Shown: in pieces, positions 1 through 8,291 of the stretch
Position numbering within the stretch: the first letter of the stretch is position 1
Layout: every line of letters begins with the position of its first letter
DNA from: a bacterium
GTDB lineage: Bacteria > Patescibacteriota > Saccharimonadia > CAILAD01 > BJGX01
NCBI GenBank assembly: GCA_029778565.1
Contig: JAKOQC010000249.1
Location: 45,611-109,610 of the forward strand
Length of the DNA stretch: 64,000 bases
Direction: 5' to 3'
Notes under the pieces: generated by a model
What the model was told of the DNA's origin: nothing
The model's input: the letters and a program-made list of their open reading frames with translations, nothing else
Databases searched by the model: none
Position numbers and translations under genes: made by a program

Positions 1-1
1 T

Positions 2-1036
2 GCAGCTTTATTTGTACCAATCGTAAAACGCTTCGCCTTTAAGGTAGGAGCGGTTGATAAGCCAAGTAAGATTGCTCGTAAAATACATACCAAAACGATG
101 GCCAGGGGTGGGGGAATTGCAATCTTTTTAAGCTTTCTCATTGTTAATTTAGCCCTTATAGGTCTCCACTGGTGGCAGTTTTGGGGTTTAATTGTGGCTT
201 CTACTATTGTAATGGCAGTTGGATTGCTTGATGATATTAAACGTTTGCCTGCAACAACTAAGCTGATAGTTCAAATTCTGGCCGCATTTGTAGCCATTTT
301 TGTATTTGGCATTCAGATAGAAGGCCTTTCAAATCCATTTACGCAAGGTGTGTTAGCATTCGACCCACATATAACTTTTGCGTTATTGCACCATACTATC
401 CAAATTAATATAATTGCTGTAATTATTACAACTATTTGGCTTGTTGGAATGACCAATACTATGAATTTTGTTGATGGAATAGATGGTCTTTCTGGTGGTG
501 TGGCAGCAATTGCAGCCTTTGTTATGTTTGCTCTGGCTATCGGGCCAAAAGTAGACCAGCCTCAAACCGCAGTAGTGGCGATTGTTTTGACTGGTGGTTG
601 TCTAGGGTATTTGATTTACAATTTTCATCCTGCCAAGATTTTTAATGGTGATTCAGGAGCGTATTTCTTGGGTATGGCACTGGGTATTCTGGCTATCTTT
701 TCGGGTGCTAAGCTAGCTACCGCTGCACTTGTACTTGGCGTGCCAATAATAGACGCTACCTGGGCGGCCTTACGACGTATTCTGCAAGGTCGCTCTCCGT
801 TTAGCGCCGATAGGGGGCATTTACATCATCTCTTACTTGATGTTGGTCTCTCGCAGCGTCAGGCAGCGCTGCTAATATACGCACTTTGTGCCATATTTGG
901 CGGTATTGCACTTATTGCATCACCAGAACAAAAACTTGTGGCTATCTTCTCACTCATAGTTTTAATTATGCTGTTATTCTTGCTACTTACACTCTTGCGC
1001 CGCCGGAAGAATCAGAATAAAAACCAGCTTACGTAA
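2..1036 (+). CDS. WecA/TagO-family polyprenyl-phosphate HexNAc-1-phosphate transferase (MraY/WecA superfamily); 5' end runs off the window
   Basis: Frame is open from nt 2 (AALFVPIVKRFAFKVGAVDKPSKIARKIHTKTMARGGG...), so the ATG at 98 is internal. Motifs RKIHxxxxxRxGGIAIF, LLDDIKRL and NTMNFVDGIDGL plus ~10 hydrophobic helices are typical of WecA/TagO transferases. Confidence 0.7.
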   Translation, partial: AALFVPIVKRFAFKVGAVDKPSKIARKIHTKTMARGGGIAIFLSFLIVNLALIGLHWWQFWGLIVASTIVMAVGLLDDIKRLPATTKLIVQILAAFVAIFVFGIQIEGLSNPFTQGVLAFDPHITFALLHHTIQINIIAVIITTIWLVGMTNTMNFVDGIDGLSGGVAAIAAFVMFALAIGPKVDQPQTAVVAIVLTGGCLGYLIYNFHPAKIFNGDSGAYFLGMALGILAIFSGAKLATAALVLGVPIIDATWAALRRILQGRSPFSADRGHLHHLLLDVGLSQRQAALLIYALCAIFGGIALIASPEQKLVAIFSLIVLIMLLFLLLTLLRRRKNQNKNQLT

Positions 1037-1090
1037 TTGACACCTTAGCACCAGATGTGCTAGTATTTCTATGTAAGAGGGCAAATAAAC

Positions 1091-1474
1091 GTGAATGGTA
1101 AGAACCTTCAAGAGTTAATTAAGAATCTACAAGTCTTTTACACCTGTCCTTCTTGCGGTGCACATTATCGTAATGAGGATATTGCTTTTTTAGGACGTGT
1201 AGATGAGCACTGCTTTATGCAGCTTACCTGCCAGGCCTGCTCATTGCCAATCTTGGCTACTGTACTGCTTGCTAGTCAGATAGAAAAATCTGTTAAAGCT
1301 GACGGTGCACGAGCTAACTTTGCTACTTCGACGCCTCGAAAACGATTTCGCTCCGACTTAAAACGCGGTGAGAAAGCTAAGTTTAGTGGTTCAAGCGAGA
1401 TTAGCAGCTCTGAAATTGCCAACCTTCATCTTTATTTGTCTAATAATTCGACAGATTTACACACTTATTTTTAG
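1091..1474 (+). CDS. hypothetical small protein with CPSCG...CQAC zinc-ribbon-like motif
   Basis: ORF with a GTG start 8 nt after AAGAGGG. Two CxxC pairs. No family recognised. Confidence 0.3.
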   Translation: MNGKNLQELIKNLQVFYTCPSCGAHYRNEDIAFLGRVDEHCFMQLTCQACSLPILATVLLASQIEKSVKADGARANFATSTPRKRFRSDLKRGEKAKFSGSSEISSSEIANLHLYLSNNSTDLHTYF

Positions 1475-1480
1475 TTTATT

Positions 1481-2173
1481 ATGGAAAAAATCAATCTTAT
1501 AGCCCACAAGCGAGAGGTTTTTGGGAAAAAACTTCGTACTGTCCGCAAAGCCGGTGATGTTCCGGCTATTGTCTATGGACAAGAAAAAGAACCAGAGCCA
1601 GTAACCGTTAATGCACACGAATTTACCAAGATTTATGCCCGTGCTGGTCATAACACTATTATCGATCTTAAAATCGATCAAGATGCTAGTGACAACGTTT
1701 TAATTCAAGATGTAGCCACAGATCCTATTAATGGCGATATTACTCATGCCGACTTTTATCGCGTAAATATGAGCCAGGCAATTCGTACCTCGGTACCAAT
1801 CCACTTTGTCGGTGATGCTCCAGCTGTTTACCAAGATGAAGGTACACTACTTACCAATATTGAAGAAGTAGAAGTAGAGACACTTCCAGCTAAGTTGCCT
1901 GCTAATATAGAAGTGGATATTTCTAGTCTTGATGACTTTGAAAAGGCTATTCATATCTCAGATCTTAAGGTTCCAGAAGGTGTAGAGATTCTCGATGATC
2001 CCGAAGAGCTTGTTTGTAAGGTAGATCCACCACGCTCAGAAGAAGAACTAGAAGCTCTTAACGAAGAGATAGTAGAAGAAATGCCTGCCGAAGAAGGTGC
2101 AGAAGCTAGTGAAGAAGCTGGTGAAGCCGAAGGCGGTAGCGAAGATAAGCCCGCTGAAAAACCTGCTGAGTAA
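1481..2173 (+). CDS. rplY: 50S ribosomal protein L25 (general stress protein Ctc form) with acidic C-terminal tail
   Basis: N-terminus KREVFGKKLRTVRKAGDVPAIVYG... matches bL25/Ctc. Glu/Ala-rich C-terminal tail is typical of the long Ctc form. Confidence 0.85.
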   Translation: MEKINLIAHKREVFGKKLRTVRKAGDVPAIVYGQEKEPEPVTVNAHEFTKIYARAGHNTIIDLKIDQDASDNVLIQDVATDPINGDITHADFYRVNMSQAIRTSVPIHFVGDAPAVYQDEGTLLTNIEEVEVETLPAKLPANIEVDISSLDDFEKAIHISDLKVPEGVEILDDPEELVCKVDPPRSEEELEALNEEIVEEMPAEEGAEASEEAGEAEGGSEDKPAEKPAE

Positions 2174-2198
2174 ATTAACCAGCTAATACATTAAAAAT

Positions 2199-2231
2199 AC
2201 CTCAGAATAGATAAGTCTGAGGTATTTTTTT
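2199..2231. terminator. bidirectional intrinsic terminator between rplY and nrdR
   Basis: ACCTCAGA-9 nt loop-TCTGAGGT hairpin followed by a T7 run. An A-run lies upstream on the other strand. Confidence 0.55.
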
Positions 2232-2625
2232 AGCTATGTTCTGCTAGATAGTGAAGATAAGCCTTCTTATCTATTGGTTTAATGGTTGCCAGGGTAAGAC
2301 TAGCTAGTTCTTTGCTCGATACGGTGGCATCGTTTTGCTCTAGTAACTTTATTTCTACCGTATCAGCTAGTTTATCAATCAGTGCATAATCTTTGCTGTT
2401 GCCCTGAAAACTCTGGGCGATACTCATATAGAGCTGAGAGCGGTGATAGGGGGAGGCAGAATTATTTTTGGTGATAGCTACGTGTTGCATATCTGGTTTC
2501 TCAAAGGTAGTAAAGACCCGCTTGCAGTTTCTGCAATACTTACGGCGCCATGTCTGGGTTTGGCTACGAGTAGATCGCGAATTGGTTGTGCTTGTACTGG
2601 TGGAGTTACAAAATACACATTTCAT
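2230..2625 (-). CDS. nrdR: transcriptional repressor NrdR (zinc ribbon + ATP-cone)
   Basis: MKCVFCNSTSTSTTNSRSTRSQ...RRKYCRNCKRVFTTFEKPD matches the NrdR CxxC...CxxC ribbon followed by an ATP-cone-like region. I start it at the internal ATG (2625), not the longer 2757 ORF. Confidence 0.7.
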   Translation of the reverse strand: MKCVFCNSTSTSTTNSRSTRSQTQTWRRKYCRNCKRVFTTFEKPDMQHVAITKNNSASPYHRSQLYMSIAQSFQGNSKDYALIDKLADTVEIKLLEQNDATVSSKELASLTLATIKPIDKKAYLHYLAEHS

Positions 2626-2751
2626 ATCTATATATTGACATACTACTATAAAAAAAACCAGTGGAAAAGGTACCAAATTTCTGGGGACAAGTAATAATAT
2701 GTTCGTATTATGTTTGCTTTTATATCTATAAAAAATTACAATAAAGAAGCT

Positions 2752-4017
2752 ATGCAAAAACTTATTAACCAGTTGCCCAAACCCAAACCATATTCAACAC
2801 TTTATATCGATATGGATTCTTTCTTTGCTTCTGTTGAGCAGTTTTATCACCCCGAGCTTAGAGGTAAACCAGTTGGGGTGGCTACCGGTACGACTGCAGG
2901 GGCCAGTATTGTGGCTGCTTCGATAGAAGCGAAGAGAAGGGGCGTACGAGGAGGGGTAAAAATTGATGTTGCACGACGTTTGTGTCCGGGAATAGCCATT
3001 GTGAGTGATAGCCCACATTCGTATAGAGCTATTCATCGGCAAATAATGGCTGTTTTGCAGGCCACGCCATGCATGGTAGAGGCCAAAAGTATCGACGAGG
3101 CAGTACTAAGAATTCCACATTATATGCAAAATCGTAATGATATTTTTGCTTTAATAAAAGCAATAAAAGCTAATTTATACAAAATGTATAACGAACATAT
3201 ATATTGTTCTATTGGGGTATCGAGCAATATGTGGCTGGCGAAGATGGCAGCGAGTTATAAAAAGCCCAATGGTGTATATATAGTACATAATAAGCTGGCG
3301 GAATTTTATACAGATCATTCTCTCTTAGATCTTACGGGTATTAACTACCGTATGAGACGTCGTTTGCACGCCTTACAAATACTTACACCCCTCGATCTTT
3401 ATTGTGCACCACAACCATTCTTGCGTAGGTCGTTGGGGGTAGAGGGCGAGAAGTGGTATTTTCGAATGCGCGGGTATGAGGTAGATAGACGACCTTTGGT
3501 AAAACAGCGCTCGTTAAGCCATCAAGTTACTACTATTCCAGATTATCCAGATAATTTAGAAAAAATTACAACATATTTAGTAAAGATATCTGATGTTCTT
3601 GGTAGAAGATTAAGAGAAAAGCATCTAAAGGCCCGTTCTGTTTATCTTAGCCTGCGTTTAGAAAATAATACCTACTTGATGAGTGAGTTTAAAAACGTTG
3701 CAGAATTTAATGATTCATTAGTTTTAACCAATTATTTAAAAATGTTGTTAAAAAAACTAGAAATTAATGTAAGGGTTATTAAGATAACGGTAGGTGTGGG
3801 TAAAGTTAGCGAGAGTTGGCAACTCGATTTTGATAGCCATATAAAGCAGAGGCGGGCAAATACGGTGTATGCAGCACTCGATAGGATATCGCAAAAATAC
3901 AATAAGGCCGATCTGGTGCGGTCACTTAAACTGAGTAATAGTGATTTTATAGACTTAGAGCGAGTGGGTTTTGCCGGCGATATTATTCGCCATACTTCAG
4001 ATTTGGCAAACTATTAG
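2752..4017 (+). CDS. dinB: DNA polymerase IV (Y-family translesion polymerase)
   Basis: LYIDMDSFFASVEQFYHPELRGKPVGVA is the canonical Y-family N-terminal motif. SIGVSSNMWLAKMAASYKKPNGV matches the DinB conserved region. Start placed at MQKL (2752) to avoid overlap with nrdR. Confidence 0.8.
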   Translation: MQKLINQLPKPKPYSTLYIDMDSFFASVEQFYHPELRGKPVGVATGTTAGASIVAASIEAKRRGVRGGVKIDVARRLCPGIAIVSDSPHSYRAIHRQIMAVLQATPCMVEAKSIDEAVLRIPHYMQNRNDIFALIKAIKANLYKMYNEHIYCSIGVSSNMWLAKMAASYKKPNGVYIVHNKLAEFYTDHSLLDLTGINYRMRRRLHALQILTPLDLYCAPQPFLRRSLGVEGEKWYFRMRGYEVDRRPLVKQRSLSHQVTTIPDYPDNLEKITTYLVKISDVLGRRLREKHLKARSVYLSLRLENNTYLMSEFKNVAEFNDSLVLTNYLKMLLKKLEINVRVIKITVGVGKVSESWQLDFDSHIKQRRANTVYAALDRISQKYNKADLVRSLKLSNSDFIDLERVGFAGDIIRHTSDLANY

Positions 4018-4035
4018 GTATAATACATCAGATGT

Positions 4036-4112
4036 GGGTCCTTAGCTCAGTTGGCTAGAGCGCTTCCTTGACGTGGAAGAGGTCAGAGGTTCAAGTCCCC
4101 TAGGACCCACCA
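4036..4112 (+). tRNA. tRNA-Val (anticodon GAC)
   Basis: Cloverleaf by eye: acceptor GGGTCCT/AGGACCC, D arm GCTC-AGTTGGCTA-GAGC, anticodon stem CTTCC/GGAAG with loop TTGACGT (U33, anticodon GAC), T loop TTCAAGT, discriminator A and encoded CCA. One A.C mismatch in the T stem and G37 are slightly unusual. Confidence 0.7.
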
Positions 4113-4118
4113 CATTAT

Positions 4119-4141
4119 AAACACCTGCCAGGTGTTTTTTG
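4119..4141 (+). terminator. intrinsic terminator after tRNA-Val
   Basis: ACACC-TGCCA-GGTGT hairpin followed by T6. Confidence 0.5.
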
Positions 4142-4149
4142 TTATAATA

Positions 4150-5943
4150 ATGCTTATGGAAAAGCATCCTCTGCAGTCAAAATATCCTGAGCTACATACG
4201 TCTAAGCCAGTAGAGCACGAGGTTGCCCGTCAGCGCCAGCATGGTGAGCGTATTCCCAATGAGCCGGCACCCAAGCTAGAAGCTTGGCTCCGCTTATTAG
4301 AGAGAACCCACACGGGTAAAGGTGGTAGTGAGGCCCGCCAAGCCGCGCAGCCACAAATATACGAGCGCATAAAAACTCTCTACCATCGTCCAACCCAAGA
4401 GGGCGGCTATATTACCGGTCTTGATGATGCCTCTATAGAACGCTATTTACACCATCAAGCCCGGATTGCCCACGAGCAAGGCCATGGCACCATTGAAGAT
4501 ATTATGGCCCGAGCAAATGACCAAGTGCGAGCCGAGGCCAGAGAGACTATCCGAACCGACCAAGAACGCAGTCTCGATGCTTGGTTGGATTATCTTATCT
4601 CTGATGATGCCACGTACCCAATGTGGTTTAAGTACTACACCTTCCGTAACATTACTCGTCTGGCTGACTATGACAAACAAAAAGGCGAGTTTCCGAAGCG
4701 TTCTAAATCTACTACTGCACCTTTTCCAGATATTAATCGCGAAGCCTTGGCATACATGGAAGACAGCTTAGCCAAACATTATGGCCTGAAAGCCATTGAC
4801 CCAGATAATACTGCCGAGCAAATAACACCAGAGACCAAAGCGCTCTTAGATAGAGATGCTAACTTTGCCAGTCTCTACAAGCGTGCTATTGAATACGCTG
4901 CTCCCAAACACGCCGAGAGTCTTAATGTTACCGATGGTCGCTGGGTAAAGTACGACCAGACAAGTGACAACAGTAAGAGTAAAGAGCTAGCTCACTCACT
5001 GCATGGCTATGGGACGGGCTGGTGTACGGCCGGCGAAGGCATGGCTCATAGCCAACTGAGTGGCGGTGACTTTTATATCTACTACACGAAGAGTGAAGAT
5101 GGTCAGTACTCGGTACCCCGTGTGGCTATCCGGATGCAAAACCAAGCTGGCCAGCAACGCATTGCCGAGGTGCGGGGAATTGAGACCGACCAGAACATGG
5201 AAGCTGAGTTGGTACCGATTGCCGATGCTAAGCTTGCTGAGATAGACTCCGCGGGTGCTGAAAGATATAAGAAATGCTCTGAGGACATGCGCCGTCTTAC
5301 CGAAATAGACAACCTACTTAAAGACAACCCAAATGCTGAGCTCAGCAAAGACCAGCTGAGATTTCTCTACGAACTAGATAGAAAGATTGAAGGCTTTGGC
5401 TATGAGAAGGACCCACGGATTGCCGAGATCTTACAAACTCGTAACCCGAGGGCTGATTTGGCTTTTGTATTAGATCTACAGCCAGAACAAATTAGTCTGT
5501 CTAAAAGTGAAGCCTTGATCGGTAATATACTCTATCACCATGGTGATCTCGAGCTCAGCGACCTCACCACCGCCAAAGGCATATATCTGCCAGCGAATGT
5601 TGGCGGGTATCTCAGCCTTAACAGCCTCACCACCGCCGAAGGCTTACACCTACCCGAGACGATCGGTGGTGATCTCTACCTCAACGGCCTGCACACCGCC
5701 GAAGGCTTGCACCTGCCCAAGACGATCGGTGGTGGCCTCTACCTTAGTGGCCTGACCACCGCCGAAGGCTTGCACCTGCCCAAGACGATCGGTGGTGATC
5801 TCTACCTTAGTGGCCTGACCACCGCCGAAGGCTTGCACCTGCCCAAGACGATCGGTGGTGATCTCTACCTTAGTGGCCTGACCTCGGCCGAAGGTTTACA
5901 GCTACCCGAGACGATCGGTGGGTCTCTCTTCCTCGGGGCCTGA
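4150..5943 (+). CDS. hypothetical protein with C-terminal 20-aa tandem repeats (LTTAEGLHLPKTIGGDLYLSG, LRR-like); interrupted by a 1-nt frameshift, full reading frame would continue to 6155
   Basis: Long ORF. The last intact repeat is followed by a repeat copy one nucleotide short (ctcttcctcggggcctgacc versus ctctaccttagtggcctgacc), which creates TGA at 5941. In the +1 frame two further repeats and a ...KWQWFPEYYEE tail run to TAA at 6153-6155. The 4132 GTG start lies inside the tRNA terminator, so ATG 4150 or 4156 is more likely. Confidence 0.5.
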   Translation: MLMEKHPLQSKYPELHTSKPVEHEVARQRQHGERIPNEPAPKLEAWLRLLERTHTGKGGSEARQAAQPQIYERIKTLYHRPTQEGGYITGLDDASIERYLHHQARIAHEQGHGTIEDIMARANDQVRAEARETIRTDQERSLDAWLDYLISDDATYPMWFKYYTFRNITRLADYDKQKGEFPKRSKSTTAPFPDINREALAYMEDSLAKHYGLKAIDPDNTAEQITPETKALLDRDANFASLYKRAIEYAAPKHAESLNVTDGRWVKYDQTSDNSKSKELAHSLHGYGTGWCTAGEGMAHSQLSGGDFYIYYTKSEDGQYSVPRVAIRMQNQAGQQRIAEVRGIETDQNMEAELVPIADAKLAEIDSAGAERYKKCSEDMRRLTEIDNLLKDNPNAELSKDQLRFLYELDRKIEGFGYEKDPRIAEILQTRNPRADLAFVLDLQPEQISLSKSEALIGNILYHHGDLELSDLTTAKGIYLPANVGGYLSLNSLTTAEGLHLPETIGGDLYLNGLHTAEGLHLPKTIGGGLYLSGLTTAEGLHLPKTIGGDLYLSGLTTAEGLHLPKTIGGDLYLSGLTSAEGLQLPETIGGSLFLGA

Positions 5944-6042
5944 CCTCGGCCGAAGGTTTACAGCTACCCGAGACGATCGGTGGTGATCTCGACCTCAGAG
6001 GCCTGACTTCGGCCAAAGGTTTACAGCTACCTAAGACAATCG
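5563..6042 (+). repeat. eight tandem 60-bp coding repeats (two copies identical)
   Basis: Direct inspection: 60-nt periodicity ...accaccgccgaaggcttgcacctgcccaagacgatcggtggtgatctctaccttagtggcctg... Antisense and out-of-frame ORFs here are repeat artefacts. Confidence 0.85.
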
Positions 6043-6266
6043 GCGGGGTAATTAGTATCTATAATCTACCCACTAGCGAAAGGTTATTACTCGAAAAGGA
6101 GTATCCACAATTTGCAGATAAATGGCAATGGTTTCCTGAATATTACGAAGAATAAGAAGAAGAAGAACCAGAAGAGATAGAGGAATAATTAAAAATAATG
6201 GTTAAAATTGTTTGTTAAGTGCAAGATTGTCTTTATTTGCAATAAAAATAATTGCAATACTTTCTC

Positions 6267-6455
6267 TTGTATAAATACATAATTTCTTGGTATAATAACA
6301 CGTAGTTACATAAGACGAAGTAGCAGACCTCACCAACCTGCGAAGTCTCGCTGGTATATGGCGTACATATGCAAAAGAGAGATCCGCCATGGATAAACCA
6401 AGTGGAACCTCCCAGACCGTTCTGGGACTTGGTAGATAGGGCGGTTTTTGTTTTA
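6267..6455 (+). promoter_or_regulatory. thrS promoter plus structured leader with T-box-like antiterminator element and U-tract
   Basis: TTGTAT-18 nt-TATAAT at 6267-6296. In the leader: helix ACCAAG (6397-6402)/CTTGGT (6428-6433), a 7-nt bulge UGGAACC, inner helix UCCCAGA-CCGT-UCUGGGA, the whole enclosed by CCGCC (6384-6388)/GGCGG (6440-6444) and followed by UUUUUGUUUU. GUGGAACC matches the T-box core GUGGNACC. ACC (Thr) codons occur in an upstream hairpin loop GCAG-ACCUCACCAACC-CUGC. Confidence 0.35.
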
Positions 6456-6467
6456 TAAGGAGAAATC

Positions 6468-8285
6468 ATGACAGATGCAAACTTAGATAAGATTCGCCAT
6501 AGCCTAGCACATATAATGGCAGCGGCCGTGCAAAAGCTTCATCCAGAAGCTCAGTTTGGCGTAGGTCCGGTAATAGAAAATGGGTTTTATTACGATATTA
6601 AGCTCGATAACCCACTTGATGCTCAGGAGCTGAAAAAAGTACAGAAAGAGATGAAGAAACTTATCTCTGCCAAAATAGACTTTGTACGCGAAGAGTGGCC
6701 GATAGATGAGGCTATAAAGTACTTCAAAGAACATAAGCAAGGTTTTAAGGTAGAGTTACTACAAGATTTAAAAACAAAAGGTACCACGGCAGTGGCAGAT
6801 GCTGGCGATTCAGATTTAATTGACAATTCAGTTGAGAAAATTACAACAGTTAGTGTATATAAAACAGGCAATTTTATCGATCTTTGTCGTGGCCCACATA
6901 TAAAGAACACCAGCGAAATAGATGTTGATAGCTTTAAGCTCGATAAAGTAGCTGGAGCCTACTGGCGGGGTAATGAAAACAATCCTCAGATGCAACGTAT
7001 CTATGGGGTGGCTTTTGAAAACAAGGCTGGTCTCGAAGTGTATCAGCAAATGGTAATAGAAGCTGAGAAGCGAGATCATCGCAAGCTGGGTCAGCAACTC
7101 GATTTATTTACCTTTTCTGATTTGGTAGGTCCTGGTCTGCCACTGTACACACCCAAAGGTACAGTGCTTATTAATCAGCTCAAAGCCGCATTAAATGAAA
7201 TTAGTAATAAGTATGATATGCAGCCAGTATCTATTCCTCATCTGGCAAAGCTTGATTTATATAAAATCTCTGGGCATGCTGAGAAATTTGAAGATGAGTT
7301 ATTTAAGGTAGAAAGTCATTACAAGCAGGAGTTTGTGCTTAAGCCAGTAAATTGTCCTCACCATACCCAAATATACGCATCGCGGCCACGTAGTTATCGC
7401 GACTTGCCAATTCGTTATATCGAGCAAACCATGCAATATCGCGACGAAAAGCCAGGGCAAATAGGTGGCTTACAACGTACTCGTGGATTTACCGTTGATG
7501 ATGGACATACATTCTGTCGAGTTGATCAGATAAAACATGAGGCCGAGATGATAGCCGAGATTATTGAGAGCTTTTATAAAAACTTAGGATTATGGGGTAA
7601 CCATTGGGTTTCACTCTCGGTTAGAGATCCTAAAAAACCTGAGGCTTACATTGGCGAACCATCTGATTGGGATGAGGCCGAGCAAATGTTAAAAGAAATT
7701 GCCCAAGAGAGAGGCTTGGATGCTAAACGAATGGAAGGCGAGGCGGCTATTTATGGGCCAAAGCTCGATTTTATGTTTAAAGACGCTCTCGGGCGCGAAA
7801 CTCAGCTTGCCACCATTCAGCTCGATTTTGCTATGCCAAAGCGTTTTGAGCTGGTCTATACGGACGAGACAGGTAAAGAAAAGAATCCAGTTATGATCCA
7901 TCGGGCAATTTTAGGATCGTTTGAGCGCTTTATTATGTTATTAATAGAACATTTTGCCGGAGCATTTCCGGTATGGCTGGCACCAGAACAGGCAAGAGTA
8001 TTGCCGGTATCAGATAAATTTAACAAATATGCACATGAAGTTGCATTAAAACTAAAAGAAGCAGGTGTACGTGTAGAAACAGATGATAGCTCTGAATCTT
8101 TAGGCAAGAAAATTCGTAATGTTGAGATGATGAAGGTTCCATACGCACTTATTGTAGGAGAAAAAGAGCAAAAAAGCCGCTCGGTATCTGTACGCCGCTA
8201 TCAAAAAGGCGATGAAGGTCAGCAGAAAGTTAATGTATTTATAACAACATTATTGAAAAATATATCTGATAAGTCACTCAATTAG
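6468..8285 (+). CDS. thrS: threonyl-tRNA synthetase (short form lacking the N-terminal TGS domain)
   Basis: Begins with the N2 editing-domain motif RHSLAHIMAAA. Class II core with VNCPHH zinc site, HRAILGSFERFIMLLIEHFAGAFPVWLAPEQARVLPV motif 3 and C-terminal anticodon-binding domain. Confidence 0.9.
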   Translation: MTDANLDKIRHSLAHIMAAAVQKLHPEAQFGVGPVIENGFYYDIKLDNPLDAQELKKVQKEMKKLISAKIDFVREEWPIDEAIKYFKEHKQGFKVELLQDLKTKGTTAVADAGDSDLIDNSVEKITTVSVYKTGNFIDLCRGPHIKNTSEIDVDSFKLDKVAGAYWRGNENNPQMQRIYGVAFENKAGLEVYQQMVIEAEKRDHRKLGQQLDLFTFSDLVGPGLPLYTPKGTVLINQLKAALNEISNKYDMQPVSIPHLAKLDLYKISGHAEKFEDELFKVESHYKQEFVLKPVNCPHHTQIYASRPRSYRDLPIRYIEQTMQYRDEKPGQIGGLQRTRGFTVDDGHTFCRVDQIKHEAEMIAEIIESFYKNLGLWGNHWVSLSVRDPKKPEAYIGEPSDWDEAEQMLKEIAQERGLDAKRMEGEAAIYGPKLDFMFKDALGRETQLATIQLDFAMPKRFELVYTDETGKEKNPVMIHRAILGSFERFIMLLIEHFAGAFPVWLAPEQARVLPVSDKFNKYAHEVALKLKEAGVRVETDDSSESLGKKIRNVEMMKVPYALIVGEKEQKSRSVSVRRYQKGDEGQQKVNVFITTLLKNISDKSLN

Positions 8286-8291
8286 ACCAGC

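Noticed and set aside
2626-2757. 5' extension of the nrdR ORF to 2757 (175 aa) and the antisense ORF 2443..2694
   Set aside because: The extension is hydrophobic junk preceding the conserved MKCxFC NrdR start and would overlap dinB. The antisense ORF lies wholly within nrdR.
5540-5838. ORFs 5540..5755 (+) and 5650..5838 (-) inside the 60-bp repeat array
   Set aside because: Out-of-frame and antisense translations of the tandem repeats (they repeat with the same 20-aa period). Artefacts of the repeat, not genes.
5575-5900. Recurring LPKTIGG / LPETIGG as sortase (LPXTG) motifs
   Set aside because: The Gly does not directly follow Thr (LPxT-I-GG), the motif is internal and repeated eight times, and no hydrophobic or basic tail follows. 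Probably coincidental to the repeat consensus.
5563-6042. Possible CRISPR array (regular 60-bp periodicity)
   Set aside because: The units are contiguous coding repeats with no unique spacers, lie inside a long ORF and are imperfectly conserved at the codon level. Not a repeat-spacer array. No cas genes in the window.
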